A stretch of 64,000 bases of DNA from a virus. Its lineage: Duplodnaviria; Caudoviricetes. The stretch spans positions 192,001 to 256,000 of the IMG/VR virus record IMGVR_UViG_3300047160_036266; one strand, written 5' to 3'. The position numbers were made by a program, and so were the translations under genes. The notes beneath the pieces are model-generated. The model ran no database searches. It worked only from the letters and a program-made list of their open reading frames with translations, and was not told where the DNA came from. Shown piece by piece: positions 55,233-64,000 of this stretch (positions are counted from its first letter, which is position 1; the number at the start of each line of letters is the position of its first letter).

Positions 55233-56234
55233 TCAGAAATCGAATAGTACCGGCGTTGGCGTATCCCAATCATGGTTTTCCAGGGTGTGGAGGACGTAGC
55301 GGGCAACGGCGGCTTCGGTGTGGTAGGTCATGCCATGCTGATAGCCCCGGCTGTAGACCTCATAGCAGCGCTCCGGGTCTTTGAGGTAGCTGCGCACCAG
55401 ACTGCCGATATTGCTGGACACGAAACGGCTGCCGTGGTCGGCGTCGATGACCTCGTATTCAACGCAATTGACCCCAGAATGCAGCGGGCACCGCTGTACC
55501 GTGGGCTGTCCGCCACGGAATAGGAGCGTCCGACACAGGGCTTCTGACTCCCGGAAGGCCGAAATCCCGTAGCCGTCGTAAGAAACGGTGGCTCTGGCTT
55601 CGCCCAGGCGATGAGCGTATTCGCCGTAAGGGAGCCGTCCTCCGTGGGGGTCTTGAATGATATTGATGTCGGCCTTGATGCCAGAGCGTCGTACTTCGTC
55701 GGTGATGTTGGCACGGAAGGGGTGGCTGACACCCCAGGATATGAAAAGGTCCACCGGCCTGGCTAGATAGCTGTTTCTGTCGGGAGCCAGCATGTCCGGT
55801 TCCAGGGTGATCGGATAGTCGATGGGGTGATAACTCGACGGGTAGGGGATGTCGGGCAGAAACTCTCGCAAGAGGTAGGGAAAGGACTTTCCCTTCAGGA
55901 ACAACATGAGGTTGGTCTGCTCGACCATGCTCTTGGTCTGGCTGTGCAAGGCGTCGGGGGTAAAGGCCGAATAATACTGCCGCTGCCAGTTGGGCTGCAT
56001 CCGGTTGAACCAGCCGTATTCGGCGCAGTCAATGAAAGCAAAACGGTAGTCCTTCAGTACGTCGAGGTCGCCGTACTGGTATTCAGGGCTGTGGACCGTG
56101 TGATTGAACAGAAGCACATAGTCATACTTCTTGCGGTAGCGATAGAGTTCGGCGCGTACCCCGATCTGCTGACAGCCCCTCCATAGTTTTGCCTCAATGT
56201 GGTTTACTGCGGTTGAGTAAATCCCAAGGTGCAT
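55233..56234 (-). CDS. GT-B glycosyltransferase-like protein
   Basis: VDLFISWG..YAHRLGEARATVSYDGYG..FRESEAL resembles a GT-B C-terminal domain. Confidence 0.55.
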   Translation of the reverse strand: MHLGIYSTAVNHIEAKLWRGCQQIGVRAELYRYRKKYDYVLLFNHTVHSPEYQYGDLDVLKDYRFAFIDCAEYGWFNRMQPNWQRQYYSAFTPDALHSQTKSMVEQTNLMLFLKGKSFPYLLREFLPDIPYPSSYHPIDYPITLEPDMLAPDRNSYLARPVDLFISWGVSHPFRANITDEVRRSGIKADINIIQDPHGGRLPYGEYAHRLGEARATVSYDGYGISAFRESEALCRTLLFRGGQPTVQRCPLHSGVNCVEYEVIDADHGSRFVSSNIGSLVRSYLKDPERCYEVYSRGYQHGMTYHTEAAVARYVLHTLENHDWDTPTPVLFDF

Positions 56235-56240
56235 GGCCGC

Positions 56241-56402
56241 TCATAGCAATCGGAATATTAGAATGACCAGTACGATGACCACCAGGAACCAGATCAAGCC
56301 GCCGCCGTAGTAAACCGGCCCACCACCGCCGTGGTTGTTATAGGCGTGATAGCCGCCAAACAGCACGACAAGGAGCAGAAGCAATATCAAAATCCATAGC
56401 AT
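56241..56402 (-). CDS. Small two-TM membrane protein (not in ORF track)
   Basis: AAGGAGG RBS; MLWILILLLLLVVLFGG..GGGLIWFLVVIVLVILIFRLL (53 aa). Confidence 0.7.
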   Translation of the reverse strand: MLWILILLLLLVVLFGGYHAYNNHGGGGPVYYGGGLIWFLVVIVLVILIFRLL

Positions 56403-56466
56403 AGAGCCTCCTTGGAAAATAAGGGTATGGGAGTATATAGTAGTGGATCAACCAAAGGAGGTAGAC

Positions 56467-56676
56467 ATGATTTCTCTTTCTGCGGCAGTGACGGTCATCA
56501 TCTATTTGATCGTTGCAGGTCTGATCTTCGGTTTGCTCTGGTGGCTCATTGGCTACATTGCGCCCCCGGAGCCGTTTGCCAAGGTCGCCCGTGTGGTGCT
56601 GGCGATCCTTGCCGTTCTCGTGGTAATCGGTATCCTGTTGAGTCTCGTGACGGGTACGCCGGTCTTTAGACCTTGA
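56467..56676 (+). CDS. Small two-TM membrane protein
   Basis: AAGGAGGT RBS; two hydrophobic helices linked by PPEPF. Confidence 0.75.
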   Translation: MISLSAAVTVIIYLIVAGLIFGLLWWLIGYIAPPEPFAKVARVVLAILAVLVVIGILLSLVTGTPVFRP

Positions 56677-56690
56677 CGCCTTCGCTGCCC

Positions 56691-56720
56691 AAACCCAGGC
56701 TTCGGCCTGGGTTTATTTTT
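56691..56720 (+). terminator. Intrinsic terminator
   Basis: aaacccaggc-ttcg-gcctgggttt-attttt. Confidence 0.85.
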
Positions 56721-56728
56721 GCGCATAG

Positions 56729-56757
56729 AAAAACCCCGGTGATTGCTCACCGGGGTT
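56729..56757 (-). terminator. Intrinsic terminator of major capsid gene
   Basis: aaccccggtga-gcaa-tcaccggggtt-ttt on minus strand. Confidence 0.85.
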
Positions 56758-56779
56758 CAGTGTTTCTATTTGAGACTTT

Positions 56780-58216
56780 TTAGATCACAAAATTCGCAAT
56801 TGACATGCGGGCATAGAACTTGGACCCTTCGCGCAAAAGCTTCTTTCCGTATCTGGTAAGTATACCTTTCCGTGGGCAGAAGCTCTCAGGATCAAGCACT
56901 ACCGGCGTCTGGGTCAATGGGACATATGGGCAGTAGAAATATCCGCTATCCATATAACTGTCGCCTTTATAACCCATAAGTATCTGGTTTGTCGGGAATA
57001 GCGGGTCTTTGTAGAGCCGCCAACGGTTGTTGACCGTGCCGACATACTGGATACCCAGAGACGAAGTGAACGTCTCAGACGGGGCGGGCGCGAAACCTGC
57101 GGTGGCCGTCTCGAAGATGGAAGCGACTTCTGGGGAAGTCACGAGCCAGTTCGCACCACCACGCAACGTCTTCCGGTGGACGACGTTGGAGACTTCTACG
57201 ATTTTCACATATAGTGACTCGTACTTCTCTTTGATAGTTTCGCCTAATGCGGTGTTAAAATCCCATGCCGAAACCGTACCGGCATTATTGCGGAGGTCCG
57301 TCAATACTTCACGGTCGATTTCGAGGTTGATTTCCTGGGCCAGAACGGCGGTCAGTTCCGCCTCGGCGTCCAGGTTGTGCTGCGAGCGCAAGTCCTGCTG
57401 AGCCTCATAGCTCCACACTGCCTTGAGCTTACGAGTCTTGGCAGCGATCTCTTCCGACTCAACCACGAGGTTGATTTCGGGGAGGTCTTGCTGGCACTCC
57501 ATGTTATACTCGTAAGACATAACGGCGTGGTTCGCGCCGGGGGCTGCGTTCCACGTCAACGTCATCTCACCCGTGGTGAGGTTCAAGCTACCAGCCGTGG
57601 CGAAGGTCGCCGGGGAGCCGATAGACGTGAAGTTGAACGTGCCAGCCGAAGAAACCACGAAGGTCTGCACGGCGGTAGTGCCCTGGTAAACCGTACCAGT
57701 CACGGTGCCGGCCAGGACGGGCGTATGCTCGAATGGAGCGTATACGGAGGTCGTCACAACGCCGTTATCGGTGCTGGAGGTTTCATTCTGGACAAACTGG
57801 TGTGAATACCAGATGTCCAGGTTGGCAGTACCGTCAGCCAACTGCTGGAGCGAGTTTACGTCGTCAGCCGGGAACCCGGAGTTGTTGTCAGCGCCACGGG
57901 TCGCGCCCTTGTTGGACGAGTACCGGAAGCGCAGGTAGTACACCAACCCGGTCGGGCCAAGCAATGGCTGGACCGACACGATCTTGTTGGCGATCAACTG
58001 CGGGTAAATACGACGAACGAGCGGGATAGAGATGCGCTTGAACTGAGCAATATCGCTCGTGTCCGTAGACACTTCGTTCATGAGGCGCTGGTTTTCGAGA
58101 AGAACTGCACAGGCAGAACGGACATAACGATCCTCAATACCTTCAAGCAGACCAGTACGGCCCCAACGACTCTCTAATTCCCTAGCTTCGTTCAAAAATC
58201 TAGCGTTTGCGTTCAT
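56780..58216 (-). CDS. gp23: Major capsid protein (T4 gp23-like)
   Basis: AVLLENQ, IPLVRR, SVQPLLGP, KTRKLKAVWSYEAQQDL, EINLEIDREV, GYFYCPYVPL, PRKGILTRYG. Confidence 0.97.
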   Translation of the reverse strand: MNANARFLNEARELESRWGRTGLLEGIEDRYVRSACAVLLENQRLMNEVSTDTSDIAQFKRISIPLVRRIYPQLIANKIVSVQPLLGPTGLVYYLRFRYSSNKGATRGADNNSGFPADDVNSLQQLADGTANLDIWYSHQFVQNETSSTDNGVVTTSVYAPFEHTPVLAGTVTGTVYQGTTAVQTFVVSSAGTFNFTSIGSPATFATAGSLNLTTGEMTLTWNAAPGANHAVMSYEYNMECQQDLPEINLVVESEEIAAKTRKLKAVWSYEAQQDLRSQHNLDAEAELTAVLAQEINLEIDREVLTDLRNNAGTVSAWDFNTALGETIKEKYESLYVKIVEVSNVVHRKTLRGGANWLVTSPEVASIFETATAGFAPAPSETFTSSLGIQYVGTVNNRWRLYKDPLFPTNQILMGYKGDSYMDSGYFYCPYVPLTQTPVVLDPESFCPRKGILTRYGKKLLREGSKFYARMSIANFVI

Positions 58217-58241
58217 GTAGTTCCTTTATTAGACCCTCTAA

Positions 58242-59141
58242 TTAGCGGTCCTTTTTGACTCCAGAAAGAACGAGTAGTTCGTTGATTTCACTGTCGGGGT
58301 TGTTATATTCCGCAATAACAACGCCTTCCTCAGTGTTAGTATGTCCTCTCCCCGTTGCGTTCTTCACTTTCTGCACTCTTTCTTTCTGCTCAGTTATAAG
58401 CTGGCCCTTTTTCTGTTCGCTCTTGGCCTGCCTCTGTTCGGTGAGAAGTTCCTGAGCGTGGCGAACCGTCTCATTTAGCTTAGTATTGTCGTTCGATAAA
58501 CGAATATTGCGTGCTTCCATAATGCGAAGCTGGCCACGAAGCTCGTCATTCCCCTTGCGGGCTTCTTCGAGCTTGCTGCTGGTCGCCAGTGCATAGTCCT
58601 CGTCGGACAGGTAATTGGCGGTGATGTCCACGATCTTGTCGAGGGTGACTTTGTGTTCGGCCATGCGGGGGTCGTTGAGTACATCACGCTTGGCCTGCTC
58701 GTATATCTCGGCACCCTTGAACTGGAGGAACTGGTCCACCTTGTCAACGATGTAGTCCTTCATCTCGCCAAGCTTCTTGTCGTACTCCTCGTACATATCA
58801 ACTTCGAGCGTGTTGTTCTTTTCACGCTCTTGGAGGAGCATCTGATAGGCTTCCTCGTAACCCTCTTCCAGCGCCTTGTTGTACTCATCGCGCTGCATTT
58901 CCAGACGGTTCCGCAGGTCGGCAATAATGCCGTATGCCTCCTGATAGCCCTGGTAGGCGGTCTTCTCCGCATTGGACATTTCCTCAGAAAGCTGCTTATA
59001 CGCTTCCTCCAACTTGTCGTTGTACTCAGACTCCAGTTCACGCTTGCTACTTTCCAGCATGTCGTTGACGGCTGAAGCAACCTCGTTGATCTGGTCCTCT
59101 GGCAACAACTTCTTGAGAGCTTCCACTATTTTGTCTGCCAT
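58242..59141 (-). CDS. gp22: Prohead scaffolding protein (gp22-like)
   Basis: Acidic coiled coil between protease and capsid genes; ends ELLVLSGV. Confidence 0.8.
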   Translation of the reverse strand: MADKIVEALKKLLPEDQINEVASAVNDMLESSKRELESEYNDKLEEAYKQLSEEMSNAEKTAYQGYQEAYGIIADLRNRLEMQRDEYNKALEEGYEEAYQMLLQEREKNNTLEVDMYEEYDKKLGEMKDYIVDKVDQFLQFKGAEIYEQAKRDVLNDPRMAEHKVTLDKIVDITANYLSDEDYALATSSKLEEARKGNDELRGQLRIMEARNIRLSNDNTKLNETVRHAQELLTEQRQAKSEQKKGQLITEQKERVQKVKNATGRGHTNTEEGVVIAEYNNPDSEINELLVLSGVKKDR

Positions 59142-59824
59142 TAGCCTAACCTCGCTTTTATGTTGCTAGTGTGTTCTTTGAAAATACCGCCCAAATACGC
59201 AACCAGCACATCTTTATTTACCGTATGTATGCGGCTACCTTCGTTTTTGGACGGGGATTTATCAGAAAATTGGGGCACATACGTTTCCCGCTTGGGGCCG
59301 GTGGCGATCTTCTCTTGGAAGGCGGCGAACGTGCTGGGATCGGCCACAGCGTCAAACGTGATGAGCTTGTAAGACTCACCAATGACGAGGATACCGTTCT
59401 CGTCGGTTCTACCGTTACCAACGCCCCGGCTGCTAATGCCGACTCTTACGCCGTCGTTGAGGAGGCTTCGTAGAATCTTGCCGTGAGGAGTATTAAGTAT
59501 TTCCCCCTCACCCATCAAGGAAGTTCCCTCCCACCACAACTTCGTAATAACGTGGGACGCTTTCTCAAAGTGGATGATACTATCGGTGGGATGATCCAAT
59601 TCACCCACCAGGCCCCTAGCTTTGATAGCATCGTTCAGCTTCTTGATATTTTCATCAAGGACACCGAATGGATACATCCGCTTGTTCTTATTGACCGCAT
59701 CGGCCTCTTGAAACTTGCCACGAAATTTGGTTAAGCCACCAGGGGTGGTCGTCGTAGACTCATTCAAGTTAAGGACGAAGCCGGCATCTAAGCAACAGTC
59801 GATTAACAATACTTCGTCGCTCAT
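59141..59824 (-). CDS. gp21: Prohead maturation protease (T4 gp21-like)
   Basis: FQEADAVNKNKRMYP, GELDHP, SHVITKL, GISSRGVG, FDAVADPS. Confidence 0.95.
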   Translation of the reverse strand: MSDEVLLIDCCLDAGFVLNLNESTTTTPGGLTKFRGKFQEADAVNKNKRMYPFGVLDENIKKLNDAIKARGLVGELDHPTDSIIHFEKASHVITKLWWEGTSLMGEGEILNTPHGKILRSLLNDGVRVGISSRGVGNGRTDENGILVIGESYKLITFDAVADPSTFAAFQEKIATGPKRETYVPQFSDKSPSKNEGSRIHTVNKDVLVAYLGGIFKEHTSNIKARLG

Positions 59825-59832
59825 TTATCTCC

Positions 59833-61770
59833 TTAGCTTTCCTGGTCTGCCTGGCTGCCCAAGTCCTTTCTAGTGGGCTTGATATAACCCTTATCAACCA
59901 CGAGGTTGTCGTTCTTCATCTTGAAGCCCGTGCCGCCGGTCTTCACGAGTTCTTGCGGCACATACGGGTTCTCAAGATTCGGCCAGGTGTCCTTAGACTG
60001 CCACCGGCTGAAGTCGTCCTGCCCGTCATCGACAGCGGACTTCTCCTTCATCTTGTACTCACCGAATGGCTTTGGCACATATGGGTTACGCAACTCTGGG
60101 TAGGTGTCTGAACCGCCATAATTCATCCACGAATTACGCATTTCGTCGTCCAGACGGTTCTTATACGATTTGCCGTCGCTTACCGGCAGTTCGCTGCCCC
60201 AATCACCTGTATACTTGCTTGGGATAGCGCCCACCTGGGCGATCTTGGCCATGTCGGGGTGGTCGCCGCTAACGGTGCGGTAAGCACTGTTCGATACGTC
60301 CCAGGTTTCACTGGAGCGCTCGACGTTCGCTTCGACAATATTCCGTAGCCATTCGGCAATCGTTTCGGCCAGCTTCAAGTCGGGTTCTTCCTGCTTATTG
60401 AGGACCGCTTCGCAATCCATCAAATAGCTGGAGACTTCTGCCCTAGCGGCCTCGTCCCCCTCCTTTTCCACGATGCGATAAACCTCGTGTAAGGCACGGT
60501 ACAGGTCGCTAAATACCCGATACTTGATCTGCTCGGATTCATCCAAACTCGGATAGAATTGATCTGTCACTTCCTTGAATGCTTCGTAGCAGTTATCACA
60601 CTCCACCGTGGGAGTGATCTGCGAGTGGTTGATAATCTTCTTGGCGCGATCAGCGTAGGCGTGGTGCGCCATGCGGAGGATGCCCTCTGCCATGAACTCG
60701 CACTGCTGGTCGTCATAGTTGCGAACGCCCACCGTCTCCAAAGCCTGGGCGATGGTGTTGGCCAACTCTTCTTGGGTTAAGAACAACACGGTCGGCCAGC
60801 GGCCCACAATGTTTTCCAGGGTTTCCTCCAGGGCGCTATTATCTGACACGGCGTTGAAACGCTTGAGTTCCGCCACGGCGCGACAGAATTGAGCGTCTTC
60901 CTTGAGGTTCTTGGCACCCTTGCGCGAGAACTTGAGGTCCGTATTTAGCACGTCCCAATTGAAATTCAGGATTTTTCCTTCGTTCCGCTTGTGCGCCCGT
61001 GGCATACTCACGTCGGTGACGTTACCCTTGTCGTCGCTCTTGACAAAGGAATCCTTCAGGGCCGGGCCAAGGGCCTGATAATCCAGGTAGTCCATGACGT
61101 TTTCCGTCAGGACCGCCCACTCGTTAATCTTGTGCTTCTGGACCTTGCGGGCGTAGACACGCCAGCGCTTGTTGGTACTGCCGCCCAGCTTCTTTTCGGC
61201 TCGGTCCTTTTTGGCTTTCAACTGACCTGCCAGGCCGGCGGACGCCCCCAGACGGCGCTTGGTCTTTCGCATACTGCGGATTCGCTTGGCTACATCCGAA
61301 CGGCTCTGCTTGCGTCCGAACAGGGGGCCGTGTCCGCTGGGCTTGGAAACACTTACGTCAAAGGCTTCGGTAAGAGCAGCGTCCTTCAAAGTACGGCGAG
61401 TTGCCGGCAGACTCATAAACTGACTGAACAGGGCACTGGCCTTGCCGTCGTTATTATCCAGTAGGCTCTCCACGAAGTCGCTGAGAACTTGCTTGGACGA
61501 TTTCTTCTCCGTATCCTCGTCAATTACTAACTCTTCGATCCCCTCGAAAATAATGTGCGACTCGTTCATCCGATAATTGGCGTGAACGAAGCTGCCGCCC
61601 AGGGTTTCGTAGGTCACGTCTGACTCACCAAAGCAGTGGAGCTTCAAGTCGCCAGAACCCAAGGCCCTGGCCAATACGTCTTCGGCCTCGACTAACTCCC
61701 GCTCCGACGCCGAAAGCGAGTCCTTTTCAAACCTCTGAAAGTCCTCGAACTTCATGAGTTTTCTTTTCAT
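59833..61770 (-). CDS. Large prohead core-like protein
   Basis: Directly upstream of gp21; many LxE sites; GGGAG RBS. Confidence 0.65.
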   Translation of the reverse strand: MKRKLMKFEDFQRFEKDSLSASERELVEAEDVLARALGSGDLKLHCFGESDVTYETLGGSFVHANYRMNESHIIFEGIEELVIDEDTEKKSSKQVLSDFVESLLDNNDGKASALFSQFMSLPATRRTLKDAALTEAFDVSVSKPSGHGPLFGRKQSRSDVAKRIRSMRKTKRRLGASAGLAGQLKAKKDRAEKKLGGSTNKRWRVYARKVQKHKINEWAVLTENVMDYLDYQALGPALKDSFVKSDDKGNVTDVSMPRAHKRNEGKILNFNWDVLNTDLKFSRKGAKNLKEDAQFCRAVAELKRFNAVSDNSALEETLENIVGRWPTVLFLTQEELANTIAQALETVGVRNYDDQQCEFMAEGILRMAHHAYADRAKKIINHSQITPTVECDNCYEAFKEVTDQFYPSLDESEQIKYRVFSDLYRALHEVYRIVEKEGDEAARAEVSSYLMDCEAVLNKQEEPDLKLAETIAEWLRNIVEANVERSSETWDVSNSAYRTVSGDHPDMAKIAQVGAIPSKYTGDWGSELPVSDGKSYKNRLDDEMRNSWMNYGGSDTYPELRNPYVPKPFGEYKMKEKSAVDDGQDDFSRWQSKDTWPNLENPYVPQELVKTGGTGFKMKNDNLVVDKGYIKPTRKDLGSQADQES

Positions 61771-61928
61771 ATATTCAACTCCCTAATTAGGTAACGGGCC
61801 TATGTCTGCCTCGCCTTGAACCACTTATATATTAAGTCGGGTCCGATTTTATTCTGGCCATACCTGCGTAAATAACGTGTCACGCTACTACCTATCTATG
61901 CACAAGGTCGTTTTTCTGAGGGGATTAA

Positions 61929-62333
61929 ATGAAAACATTTGGCCAGTACGTTCGGCAGCGCTTGCGGGAGGATGGAAGCCCTCCGCTTGGGCTGGCACCG
62001 ACCGACGTGGGTATTAAAGCCAAGGATGACGGCCCCCTCGACCGGGACCAGGAAGTGCAGATGGGCAAGCTAATGCAACTGGTCAAGACCGCCACGCAAA
62101 AGCACCCCGAACAGGCTTTGGGCCTGCTGGAAAAGCTGGCGGACCATGACGGGGAAATCCGCAGTGGCCTCGAATCCCTCAAGGGGGAAATGCACCGCTC
62201 CGGCAACCATAAGTTCAAGGACAAGGGCCTGGGCCACCTGGGCAGCGTCGGAGACTACGACCACAAGGATCAAGTCATGCCACCCTATGCCGATCAGACC
62301 TCAGCCGGGGAGACGGACGGCGGTGGTGGTTAA
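61929..62333 (+). CDS. Hypothetical protein with capsid-targeting-like N-terminus
   Basis: MKTFGQYVRQRLRE; GAGGG RBS. Confidence 0.7.
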   Translation: MKTFGQYVRQRLREDGSPPLGLAPTDVGIKAKDDGPLDRDQEVQMGKLMQLVKTATQKHPEQALGLLEKLADHDGEIRSGLESLKGEMHRSGNHKFKDKGLGHLGSVGDYDHKDQVMPPYADQTSAGETDGGGG

Positions 62334-63583
62334 AGCAGATTATATAGCTTCAGATAGCGGTCGGCGGTGACAGGCCAGGTGTTCTGCTCGATATAATTGT
62401 TGATCCGGCCTAGTAACGATTCCTTGTGGACGTGGCTGCTGAATATCCTGTCAATTTCTTTTGCCAGTTCAATGTAGTTGGTCGGCCTGGGAATGACCCC
62501 CTCCATGTCATCAAAGAGATGGCTGTTACTGGCGATTACCGGGATGCCGTTGGCCATTGCCACGCGCAGGGCACCGCTCGCCCCATACACCGTGTTGTGC
62601 GGGTTGATGACGTAGGGGAACAAGGCGATCTTGGCGGTGCGCAGGTAGCTGTTGAGGGCCTGGTCGCTTTGGAATTTGCGGATAATGGCCGTGTTATCCT
62701 CTATCCCCAAATCCTCCACCTTCTTCAGTAGGAAGTTATAGTATTGCGCGTGAATATGGTTGGCGTGGCTATTGTCGCTGCACAGATACAGGTAGAAGAT
62801 GTCCTTGTATTTGTCCGGCTGGCTGGTCTTCAGGTGGGCCACAGCATCCAGCACCACATCAACCCCCTTGTAAAAGAAACCAAAGCCGAACTGGACTAGC
62901 GCGTAAGGGGTGTGGAATATGTTCCACAACTCCGTTCGGTCCTTTTCCTCATAACGCACACACCCGTGTGGGATCACGAACACCCTGGAGTTGTTCCCCA
63001 GCTTGCGGAGAACCTGCTCTCCCTGGTGGCTATGAACGACGATGTTCTTGATGGCAGAAGTGCATACGCTCTTGTCCAAATGTTCGTAGACGGAGTGGAC
63101 GGTCACGATGTAGGGCGTCTTCTCCAGCATTTGGAGCATTTGCAGGAAGAAGGTGGCCTTGGGGAATATGCCGAATTCGTGCTGGACAATCACGAAGTCC
63201 GGCTTCCAGGCCAGGACTTGGTTGATCGCCTGTTTCATGCTCTCGCCCCGCTTCCAGCAGCGGACAACGAACTCCTCGTCCTCGCTGGTTGGTTCCGTGA
63301 CGATTTCGGAGAATACTGCTATTTCCTTGACCTTGGGCCGAATGGCTTCGAGGAGGTATTTGGAGTAAGTAGAAATACCGCAGGGGTCGTTCCAGTTGCA
63401 GATGAAGGCAATGCGAAGACTGTCCGCTTCTTTCTTTCTTTTTTCAACGAGACTCTTGCCGATCCATTTGGACCATTCTTTCTTTGGTATTTCTTTGAAT
63501 TTATGGGTCGTGAGTCCCGTTATGGTGATCGGGGTATCTGCGACCGCCATGATGACGTTATTTTCGTCACATGCAACGTACAT
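62330..63583 (-). CDS. GT4-family glycosyltransferase
   Basis: CGISTYS, QHEFGIF, IPHG, FGFGFFYKG, SGALRVAMANGIPVIAS. Confidence 0.88.
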   Translation of the reverse strand: MYVACDENNVIMAVADTPITITGLTTHKFKEIPKKEWSKWIGKSLVEKRKKEADSLRIAFICNWNDPCGISTYSKYLLEAIRPKVKEIAVFSEIVTEPTSEDEEFVVRCWKRGESMKQAINQVLAWKPDFVIVQHEFGIFPKATFFLQMLQMLEKTPYIVTVHSVYEHLDKSVCTSAIKNIVVHSHQGEQVLRKLGNNSRVFVIPHGCVRYEEKDRTELWNIFHTPYALVQFGFGFFYKGVDVVLDAVAHLKTSQPDKYKDIFYLYLCSDNSHANHIHAQYYNFLLKKVEDLGIEDNTAIIRKFQSDQALNSYLRTAKIALFPYVINPHNTVYGASGALRVAMANGIPVIASNSHLFDDMEGVIPRPTNYIELAKEIDRIFSSHVHKESLLGRINNYIEQNTWPVTADRYLKLYNLL

Positions 63584-63604
63584 AGCCCACCCTTGCCCTT
63601 TTCG

Positions 63605-63931
63605 TTAGGGGAATATAGGTGGTGGTGTGGGGCAAACATCCTCATCGTACTGAATGATCCATTCAATCTCGCACGAATCAGTTCTCACGTCTGCATACAG
63701 AATGAATCCATCGGGCAGGAGACAGGTTGCGTAAAGGCAGATTGTCCCACCGCAGCAGGGGGTGTCGTAATCCGTGGAAGTAAGCATGACACTCGCCGGT
63801 TTACAAGAGGTCGGCACAAAGATTTCGTGCCAACCGGATGATAATGCCATCCCTCCTCTGGTGAAATCCTTTAGACCGAATAGCTTCTTGAAGTAATTCC
63901 ACCACCACTGAGGGCCTAAGATAATAGGCAT
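63605..63931 (-). CDS. Cys-rich hypothetical protein
   Basis: GAGGA RBS; complete ORF. Confidence 0.65.
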   Translation of the reverse strand: MPIILGPQWWWNYFKKLFGLKDFTRGGMALSSGWHEIFVPTSCKPASVMLTSTDYDTPCCGGTICLYATCLLPDGFILYADVRTDSCEIEWIIQYDEDVCPTPPPIFP

Positions 63932-64000
63932 AGTTCCTCACTAACAAATGAAGTAATATAAATCAGAATTTTGCTATCCAGTTCACCTGGCATTCTGCCG

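Larger units (their letters stand above)
1..64000. other. Segment of a large T4-like (jumbo/huge) myovirus genome
   Basis: gp21-gp22-gp23 head cluster, gp19-like tube protein, dense small hypothetical ORFs, T4-like late promoter motifs; no host housekeeping operons. Confidence 0.93.

Noticed and set aside
1-64000. CRISPR array
   Set aside because: All tandem repeats found (9839-10000, 23754-24000) are in-frame coding repeats without unique spacers; no cas genes
1-64000. Stop-codon reassignment as in some huge phages
   Set aside because: Conserved genes (gp23, gp21, GDH, Lat) are full length in code 11, and TAA, TAG and TGA all end genes with coupled downstream starts

Overview
This window is a segment of a large lytic T4-like tailed phage (standard genetic code; no tRNA, CRISPR array, integrase or reverse transcriptase seen). 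It carries the head operon (large core protein, gp21 protease, gp22-like scaffold, gp23 major capsid) and a fibre/adhesin module (three tandem paralogues, a 3219-aa Ala/Thr-repeat protein, two tail-fibre-type genes). It also encodes a tail-tube paralogue, about five glycosyltransferases plus an ADP-heptose epimerase, host-type genes (glutamate dehydrogenase, lysine 6-aminotransferase, McsA, HU), an RNA ligase, a Dam methylase and two orphan endonuclease-like genes. The HU type, mcsA and GC content suggest a Planctomycetota-like host (inference). Most notable: (1) about 20 ORFs share a T4 capsid-targeting-like motif (F/Y-x-E/Q-W/Y..LxE), including an ADP-ribosyltransferase-like, a C39 peptidase and a membrane-hairpin/SWIM protein; (2) two separately expressed mini-genes copy the N-terminal propeptide and a C-terminal motif of the phage's own capsid protein; (3) a recurrent TA(A/C/T)ATA late-promoter motif sits 4-8 nt before leaderless ATGs, once inside a perfect 19-bp hairpin; (4) a Lat+GDH lysine transdeamination pair. 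All functional calls rest on motifs recognised by eye; no searches were run.
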